Shown here piece after piece: positions 57,747-64,000 of a DNA stretch of 64,000 nt; positions within the stretch are counted from its first letter, which is position 1; the number at the start of each line of letters is the position of its first letter. Location: contig OZ255842.1 of the NCBI GenBank assembly GCA_965277805.1, forward strand, positions 1,536,001 to 1,600,000, written 5' to 3'. Source of the DNA: Candidatus Lustribacter sp. (GTDB taxonomy: Bacteria; Vulcanimicrobiota; Vulcanimicrobiia; Vulcanimicrobiales; Vulcanimicrobiaceae). Below the pieces are notes generated by a model that ran no database searches, was not told where the DNA came from, and saw only the letters and a program-made list of their open reading frames with translations. A program made the translations under genes and the position numbers.

Positions 57747-58681
57747 CACCAGAACGCGAGGCCGGCAAAGCGCCCGTAGGGTTTGAAGCGCCGGATGATC
57801 GGTTTGTCGGAGCGCGGTTTGCGGCCGCTCAGTCGCGCGTATCTCGGGCGCGTTGATGAGTCCAAGACGGGACGTGAATAGCGGCCCATCAGCATCATGA
57901 TATGCGCGGCAGCGTAGGGGCCGACGCCGGGTAATTCCAGCAAACGTTTTTCGAGCGCTTCGTCCGGCAGCTGTTCCGGCGACATGTCTTCCAGCGCATC
58001 GAGATCGATCTCGCCGCGTGCGACCGACGAAGCGATGGCGCGCAGATACGCGCCGCGATAGCCCGCACGCGCAACGTCGCGATACCAGGCTTCGTTCGCC
58101 TTCGCCATCGCCTGCGGCGTCGGGAAGAGCCGCATGCCGGGCGCGCCGGCGACCGGCTCGCCGAGGCCCGCAACGAGCGCATCGGTCATGCGAATCGTGG
58201 CCGACCACGTGCAATTGGTCGTGCAGATCGTCTTCACGACGTCTTCGAAGAGCGTCGCGCTGTGCACGAAACGCCCCGCACCGCGCGTCACCCAGCGCAG
58301 TTCGGGATCGTTTGCAGCGACGCGGTAGAATTCCGAGTAATCGCCGTCGAGGTGCATGATTCGCCGCACGCGCGCCGTGAGTTCCGCCAGTACGGCCGCG
58401 CCGCGCAGCGCACCGGACGCCGTTACGCGGACAAAACCCGGCTTACCGGGTCGAAGCTCGATGACGGTCGCGCGGCCGCCGGAGAGGCGCAACGGCATGC
58501 GCAGCGAGTCGCCCTCATCGGGCACGTCGTTGGGCGACAAGGTGATAAGTCCGTGCGAGTGGATGGTCCGGTGGAAGTCGACCGGCTCGCCGCCGGCGCC
58601 CCGTAAGGGAAGATCGAAGGTCACTTTGAAAACTGTCCCGCCGTTTCGTCCGTTCTCCTGGTGTAAGCAAACCCACGTCAC
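57668..58681 (-). CDS. HhH-GPD DNA glycosylase (AlkA/Ogg-like)
   Basis: FEDVVKTICTTN, FPTPQAMA, GYRGAYL, LPGVGPYAA, VLD; start uncertain. Confidence 0.82.
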   Translation of the reverse strand: MTWVCLHQENGRNGGTVFKVTFDLPLRGAGGEPVDFHRTIHSHGLITLSPNDVPDEGDSLRMPLRLSGGRATVIELRPGKPGFVRVTASGALRGAAVLAELTARVRRIMHLDGDYSEFYRVAANDPELRWVTRGAGRFVHSATLFEDVVKTICTTNCTWSATIRMTDALVAGLGEPVAGAPGMRLFPTPQAMAKANEAWYRDVARAGYRGAYLRAIASSVARGEIDLDALEDMSPEQLPDEALEKRLLELPGVGPYAAAHIMMLMGRYSRPVLDSSTRPRYARLSGRKPRSDKPIIRRFKPYGRFAGLAFWCYVTRDWLDDNAASMAERTPGSDSVS

Positions 58682-58710
58682 ACCATCCGACAGAAGGCTA
58701 TACTAGCGCC

Positions 58711-59181
58711 ATGATCGACCGACGCACCGTTCTCACCGCCATCGGAGCCCTCGCGCTCTTCCCGGCCGTCGCCCGTGCCGCCGCGAATCCGGGCCGGCTC
58801 GTGCTCACGGACGCCCAGTGGAAGGCACGTCTGACGCCGGCGCAGTTCGACATCCTGCGCCGCGAAGGGACCGAAGAGCCGTTCTCGAGCCCGCTCGATC
58901 ACGAAACCCGCGCCGGCACGTACTATTGCGCCGGCTGCGATCTCGCGTTGTATTCCTCGAAGACGAAGTACGACAGCGGCACCGGCTGGCCGAGCTTTTG
59001 GAAGCCGCTGCCGAACGCCGTGTCGACCAAGAAAGACGATTCGCTGCCGGGCGAAGAGCGCAACGAAGTGCACTGCGTGCGCTGCTCGGGTCACCTCGGG
59101 CACGTGTTCGACGACGGCCCGCCGCCGACCGGACTGCGCTATTGCATGGACGGCGTCGCGCTGAAGTTCAGGCCGGCGTAG
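58711..59181 (+). CDS. msrB: Tat-exported peptide-methionine (R)-S-oxide reductase
   Basis: MIDRRTVL; GTE.PF, KYDSGTGWPSF, HLGHVFDDGP, RYCMDG. Confidence 0.95.
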   Translation: MIDRRTVLTAIGALALFPAVARAAANPGRLVLTDAQWKARLTPAQFDILRREGTEEPFSSPLDHETRAGTYYCAGCDLALYSSKTKYDSGTGWPSFWKPLPNAVSTKKDDSLPGEERNEVHCVRCSGHLGHVFDDGPPPTGLRYCMDGVALKFRPA

Positions 59182-60025
59182 CTTCGCGATAGGCGTCGAG
59201 AATTTCGGCGCCCGTCGCCCACCACACGCCGTCGTGGCCGGCGATATATTTCAGGCCCTCGGCCAGATAGCGGATGCGGTGCGGCACGCCGATCTTGCCC
59301 GGATGCAGGCAGATCGCCATCACCTTGGCGCTCGTTTGCGCTTCGTGGTAGAGCGTGTCGAACTGGTCCTTGATCATGCGCAGAAACTCGACCGGCGTGT
59401 GCGACGGGAAGACGACCGTGTCGTTGATCTCGGTGGAATACGGCACCGAGTGGAGCACGCCGTGCTGCGTGGTCATCGCGAACGGCTGATCGTCGACGCA
59501 CCAGTCGGCCACGTAGTGGAGCCCGGCTTCTTTCAGCAGGTCGGGCGTGCGCGCGTTTTCGGCTAATCCCGGCCCAAGCCAGCCGCGCGGCCGCGCGCCG
59601 GTGGCGGCGCCGATGCGCGCCAGCGTGCGCACGATGACGTCGCGTTCGGTCGCCTCGTCCAGGCCGCTGAGCCCCTGCCCGTTGGTGAGGCCGTGCCCCA
59701 TCCACTCCCAATTGCGTGCGACGCCGGCGGTGATGATCTGCGGATAGACATCGCACACGTCGGCGTTGAGCGCAACGGTGGCGCGGATGCCGAATCCGTC
59801 GAGCAGCGACATGATGCGCCAAATCGCAACGCGATTGCCGTAATCGAACTCGCTGTAGCCGATCATGTGCGGCGCCGCGCGGCCGCCCCAGCGCGGCAGG
59901 AGCGTATCGAAGTGGATGTATTCGATATTCGGAATCACCCACACCGCCAGGCGCTTTCCGTTCGGCCAATGCCAAACCGGCCGATCGACGATCGGGCTAT
60001 ACGCGAAGCGGCCGTGCTCCATCAC
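59168..60025 (-). CDS. Polysaccharide deacetylase family protein (PuuE/allantoinase-like)
   Basis: WPNGKRLA, DYGNRV, EWMGHG, RPRGWLGP, DDQPF, LHP. Confidence 0.85.
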   Translation of the reverse strand: MMEHGRFAYSPIVDRPVWHWPNGKRLAVWVIPNIEYIHFDTLLPRWGGRAAPHMIGYSEFDYGNRVAIWRIMSLLDGFGIRATVALNADVCDVYPQIITAGVARNWEWMGHGLTNGQGLSGLDEATERDVIVRTLARIGAATGARPRGWLGPGLAENARTPDLLKEAGLHYVADWCVDDQPFAMTTQHGVLHSVPYSTEINDTVVFPSHTPVEFLRMIKDQFDTLYHEAQTSAKVMAICLHPGKIGVPHRIRYLAEGLKYIAGHDGVWWATGAEILDAYREATPA

Positions 60026-60037
60026 CGGAGCGCGGCC

Positions 60038-61297
60038 CTAGGCGCTCTGGTCTTTGGGGCGCTCGGCGTAGATGAGCGTCGGCTGTTCTTTCTTGTCGAC
60101 GACTTCTTTGTTGACGACGCACTTCTTGACGCCTTGCAGTGAAGGCAAGTCGTACATCACGTCGAGCATGATCTCTTCGAGAATCGAGCGCAGGCCGCGC
60201 GCGCCGGTTTTCCGCGATTGCGCGCGGATGGCGATCGCGATCAAAGCTTCTTTGGTAAACGTGAGCTCGACGCCGTCCATGCCCATGATCTTCTGGAACT
60301 GGCGCACGAGCGCGTTGCGCGGCTCGACGAGAATGCGGCGCAGCGCGAGTTCGTCGAGCGCTTCGAGCGTGACGACGATCGGCAGGCGGCCGATGAACTC
60401 GGGGATGAGTCCGAACTTCAGCAGATCTTCCGGCATCAGTTGCTGGAGCATCTTGCTGGACTTCTGTTCTTTTTTGGACTCCGGATTGGCGCGGAAGCCG
60501 AGCGAGTTCGAGGCGACGCGGCCCTCGATGATCCGTTCCAGACCATCGAATGCGCCGCCGCAGATGAACAGCACGTTGGTGGTGTCGATCTGAATGAACT
60601 CTTGATGGGGATGCTTGCGCCCACCCTGCGGCGGAACGTTGGCCGTCGTGCCTTCGAGGATCTTGAGCAGCGCTTGCTGCACGCCTTCGCCCGAGACGTC
60701 GCGCGTGATCGACGGGTTCTCGCTCTTGCGCGCTATCTTGTCGATCTCGTCGATGTAGACGATGCCCTTCTCAGCCCGCTTGACGTCGTAGTCGGCGGCC
60801 TGAATGAGCTTGAGCAGAATGTTCTCGACGTCTTCGCCGACATAGCCGGCTTCCGTCAGCGAGGTCGCATCGGCCATCGCCAACGGCACGTCGAGAATCT
60901 TCGCGAGCGTCTGCGCGAGATACGTCTTGCCGGAGCCCGTCGGACCGACCAGCAAGATGTTCGATTTCTGCAGCTCGACTTCGTCGGTGCTCGCGCCGGC
61001 GTTCACGCGCTTGTAGTGGTTGTAGACCGCTACTGCGAGCGACTTCTTGGCGCGCTCCTGACCGATCACATACTGATTGAGGATGTGATTGATCTCTTTG
61101 GGCTTCGGAATGTTCCGCAGCCGCAGGTTCTCGTCGACGTTCTTGTAGAGCTCTTCTTCGATGATCTCGTTGCAGAGCTCGATGCACTCGTCACAGATGT
61201 ACACGCCGGGGCCTGCGATCAACTTACGCACCTGCTCCTGCGACTTACCGCAGAAGCTACACTTCAGCTGACCCTTCTCATCCCCGAATCGGAACAT
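60038..61297 (-). CDS. clpX: ATP-dependent Clp protease ATP-binding subunit
   Basis: CSFCGK..CDEC zinc domain, [23 protein letters not shown] loop. Confidence 0.98.
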   Translation of the reverse strand: MFRFGDEKGQLKCSFCGKSQEQVRKLIAGPGVYICDECIELCNEIIEEELYKNVDENLRLRNIPKPKEINHILNQYVIGQERAKKSLAVAVYNHYKRVNAGASTDEVELQKSNILLVGPTGSGKTYLAQTLAKILDVPLAMADATSLTEAGYVGEDVENILLKLIQAADYDVKRAEKGIVYIDEIDKIARKSENPSITRDVSGEGVQQALLKILEGTTANVPPQGGRKHPHQEFIQIDTTNVLFICGGAFDGLERIIEGRVASNSLGFRANPESKKEQKSSKMLQQLMPEDLLKFGLIPEFIGRLPIVVTLEALDELALRRILVEPRNALVRQFQKIMGMDGVELTFTKEALIAIAIRAQSRKTGARGLRSILEEIMLDVMYDLPSLQGVKKCVVNKEVVDKKEQPTLIYAERPKDQSA

Positions 61298-61316
61298 ATC
61301 GTCTTTCTGGTCGGCG

Positions 61317-61937
61317 CTAAAGGCTGGTGGAGCTGGGCGCGACGGAGCGGTTTTCTTTGGTGAACACCTGGTCGACGATACCGTAGTCCCGCGCTTCTTC
61401 CGCGGTCATATAGTAGTCGCGTTCGATATCCTTGAGAATTTGCTCGATCGGCTTGTTGACGGTCTTCTCGTAAATACCGGCCAGGGACCGGCGCGTCGCG
61501 ATCAGATCGCGGGCATGAATTTCGATATCCGTCGCCTGGCCACCCACCTGCTGGACCCATGGCTGGTGAATCAGGATTTTGGCATAGGGCAGGGCATAGC
61601 GCTTGCCTGGCGCACCGCCGGTCAGCAAGATCGAAGCCATCGAGGCGGCCATGCCGGCGCAGATCGTCGCGACGTCCGGCTTGATCAGGTTCATGGTGTC
61701 GTAAATAGCCAAGCCGGCCGTAACGGAGCCGCCCGGGCTATTGATGTACATGTCGATGTCTTTGTCGGCATCCTCGCGCTCGAGGAAGAGCAGCTGGGCA
61801 ATGATCAGCGACGACATGCCGTCGTCGATCGGCCCCTGCACGAAAATAATGCGTTCTTTGAGCAGCCGCGAGTAGATATCATACGCCCGCTCACCGCGCG
61901 CGCTCTGCTCGACGACCATCGGAACCAAGTGACCCAA
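61317..61937 (-). CDS. clpP: Clp protease proteolytic subunit
   Basis: [26 protein letters not shown]. Confidence 0.98.
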   Translation of the reverse strand: MGHLVPMVVEQSARGERAYDIYSRLLKERIIFVQGPIDDGMSSLIIAQLLFLEREDADKDIDMYINSPGGSVTAGLAIYDTMNLIKPDVATICAGMAASMASILLTGGAPGKRYALPYAKILIHQPWVQQVGGQATDIEIHARDLIATRRSLAGIYEKTVNKPIEQILKDIERDYYMTAEEARDYGIVDQVFTKENRSVAPSSTSL

Positions 61938-61967
61938 GATGGAACCTCCTTTGCCGAGAGACCGGCG

Positions 61968-63269
61968 CTATACGCTTTTGGTTGCCGGAACGCGCTTGGA
62001 CCGTTCGATCAAGCGATCGATGGTCTTTGTGCGCACGATGCCGTCGACGAGCGCGCCGATGTTCCGGCCCAGCAACTCGAGGATCTTTTCACGCGGCTGC
62101 CCGTACTGGCGCGCGAGCGCACCGAGCTCCGCTTCGAGGTCGGCGGGGGTCGTCTCGATCTTCTCCCGCTTGGCGATTTCCTCGATCAAGAGCGTGGTCT
62201 TCACGCGCCGCTGGGCTTCCTCGCGGAAGTCTTCCCGGATCGTTTCCTCGGACTTCTCGCTCTGCTTGAGGTACTCGTCCCACGTGATGCCCATGCGCGC
62301 GATGTACTGCTTCGACTCGTCGAGCAGGCCGTCGATCTCGCGCTCGACCAGAACCGCAGGCAGCGGAAAATCGTTGGCGGCAACGAGTTTGTCGAGCAGC
62401 TCGGTGCTGATCTGACGGCGCGCTTTTTGGGCGGCGACGCCGTCGAGCCGCGTGCGCAGTTCGTCTTTGAGCTCGGCTAGGGTCTGGTGCTGTGAGACGC
62501 GCTTGGCGAACTCATCGTCGAGTTCCGGCAGCTCGGGCTCCTTGATCTCGTGTACGGTGATCGTGAAGGTCGCGTCCTTGCCGGCGAGCTCCGTTGCGCC
62601 GTACTCGTCCGGGAACTTCACGTTGATGTCGCGCGTCTCGCCGGCCTTCATGCCGACAATGCCGCTCGCGAAGCCCGGGATGAACCGCTCCTCGGAGATC
62701 TCGGCTTGCTGGCCTTCGGCCGTGCCGCCCTCGAAGGGCACGCCGTCGATCTTGCCGGCGTAGTCGATGGTGGCCGTGTCGCCGAGCTGGACCGGCCGTT
62801 CGACCGGAACGAGGGTCGCGGCGTTCTTGCGCATCGTTTCGAGCGCCTGATCCATGTCGTCGTCGCCGGCTTTCTCCGGGACGTCCTCGACTTCGATTCC
62901 CTCGTAGGGTGCCGGTTCGATCGGCGGACGCACGGCCACGACGGCCTTGAAGCGCATCGGCTGGCCCTCTTCTTCGGGCAGCATTTCCATTTCGGGACGC
63001 GCCAACGGCTCGATGGCGTGCTCTTTGACCGCTTCGGCGTACTTCTCGGGCACGAGGTCTTCGAGGGCGCGATCCATGATGGTGCCGACGCCGTACGTGT
63101 TCTCGAAGATTTTGCGCGGGACTTTGCCCGGACGGAAACCCGGGATCTTCGCGCTGCGAACGAGTTTGCGGAACGCGGCGTCCTGTGCCTTACCGAACTC
63201 TTCGGGGGAGATCTGAATCTCGAGTTCGACCTGCGTCGGATCGAGCTGTTTCATCGTCGTTGCGGACAC
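61968..63269 (-). CDS. tig: Trigger factor
   Basis: IPGFRPGKVP, FEGG, FIPGF, FPDEY; GTG 63269 after GGAG. Confidence 0.96.
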   Translation of the reverse strand: MSATTMKQLDPTQVELEIQISPEEFGKAQDAAFRKLVRSAKIPGFRPGKVPRKIFENTYGVGTIMDRALEDLVPEKYAEAVKEHAIEPLARPEMEMLPEEEGQPMRFKAVVAVRPPIEPAPYEGIEVEDVPEKAGDDDMDQALETMRKNAATLVPVERPVQLGDTATIDYAGKIDGVPFEGGTAEGQQAEISEERFIPGFASGIVGMKAGETRDINVKFPDEYGATELAGKDATFTITVHEIKEPELPELDDEFAKRVSQHQTLAELKDELRTRLDGVAAQKARRQISTELLDKLVAANDFPLPAVLVEREIDGLLDESKQYIARMGITWDEYLKQSEKSEETIREDFREEAQRRVKTTLLIEEIAKREKIETTPADLEAELGALARQYGQPREKILELLGRNIGALVDGIVRTKTIDRLIERSKRVPATKSV

Positions 63270-63324
63270 GTCGTTGGTTCTCCGGGGATGAGGAGCAAAT
63301 TTCTGTCCGAAATTTGTCCCAAGT

Positions 63325-63355
63325 ACGAACGGCGGGCTCGTGGCCCGCCGTTCGT
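63325..63355 (-). terminator. 13-bp hairpin downstream of tRNA-Gly (terminator or processing stem)
   Basis: ACGAACGGCGGGC-TCGTG-GCCCGCCGTTCGT; weak U-tail. Confidence 0.6.
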
Positions 63356-63359
63356 CAAC

Positions 63360-63434
63360 TGGAGCGGAAGACGAGATTTGAACTCGCGACCCTCGCCTTG
63401 GCAAGGCGATGCTCTACCGCTGAGCTACTTCCGC
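63360..63434 (-). tRNA. tRNA-Gly(GCC), CCA encoded
   Basis: GCGGAAGTAGCTCAGCGGTAGAGCA TCGCC-TT-GCC-AA-GGCGA ...GTTCAAATC..CTTCCGCTCCA. Confidence 0.97.
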
Positions 63435-63534
63435 GTTCCCGGACGCTACACGTACCACGAGCGTCCGGGTCAACCCTCGGATTGTATGCGCCCGCCCCAA
63501 CCACGTCAAGCGAACCGGGTCCGGGAGCAGATTC

Positions 63535-63616
<82 letters not shown>

Positions 63617-63741
63617 GTGGCCTTGTTCTTCGCCTGCTTGCTTTGGGTTGGCATCCGCTCTGCCACGGCCTAAAACGGGGCGCGGAAGCATAGAAGGTGC
63701 ATCCTTGTTAGGAGCGAGACAGTTTAGGGCATGAGATACCT

Positions 63742-63939
63742 ATGACATTCGCGCAACTGTTCTCCGCACTTTTCAACCTCGGCGCGACGACCAACTTCTG
63801 GAACTCGACGACGGCAGCCAAAGACTTCTGGCTGGTGTTCTCGGCGGCCGTGGTGGCCGGGATCATCTACGTGAGCCTCCGTACGGCACGGCACCGTCGC
63901 GAGCACACGCATCCCTTCGGGCACAGCCTCCAGCGCTAA
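63742..63939 (+). CDS. Small membrane protein (65 aa)
   Basis: Single TM helix plus His/Arg-rich tail, followed by a terminator. Confidence 0.55.
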   Translation: MTFAQLFSALFNLGATTNFWNSTTAAKDFWLVFSAAVVAGIIYVSLRTARHRREHTHPFGHSLQR

Positions 63940-63955
63940 CGGAGGCCGAGGATGA

Positions 63956-63989
63956 GAAAAGGGACGGAGTTCGATCTCCGTCCCTTTTC
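63956..63989. terminator. Bidirectional intrinsic terminator
   Basis: GAAAAGGGACGGAG-TTCGAT-CTCCGTCCCTTTTC. Confidence 0.85.
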
Positions 63990-64000
63990 GTTATCTGGTG

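Noticed and set aside
63952-64000. GGAGG plus ATG opening an ORF at the window end
   Set aside because: It runs straight through a strong terminator hairpin and is too short to assess

Overview
GC-rich bacterial chromosome segment with about 57 CDS, 3 tRNAs and one riboswitch. No CRISPR array, prophage or transposase was seen. Gene content (expanded SsuA/THI5-like binding proteins, DUF5069, cdaA-cdaR-glmM) suggests a Terrabacteria lineage such as Ca. Eremiobacterota; this is inference only. The left part (1-36 kb) is accessory catabolic and envelope DNA. It holds six orphan ABC substrate-binding proteins, a TetR-linked hydantoinaseB/A-aldolase-SBP-TPP enzyme operon, two Rieske oxygenases, MFS transporters, secreted proteases and many secreted hypotheticals. 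The right part is mostly core: ilvD-thrC-thrB, glcF-like, tRNA-Gln, cdaA-cdaR-glmM, rsgA, rpsT, priA, crp, msrB, tig-clpP-clpX, tRNA-Gly and tRNA-Leu. The most notable feature is a self-contained c-di-AMP locus: an unknown ORF plus cdaA-cdaR-glmM, followed directly by a c-di-AMP riboswitch in front of an NlpC/P60 wall hydrolase and a membrane protein. Also notable are REP-like palindromes inside glcF and priA coding sequence, a crp-DGC-priA unit back-to-back with a giant Ig-repeat protein, and frequent apparently leaderless genes. All calls are from motif recognition by eye; no database searches were run. Several start codons were re-assigned from the ORF track.
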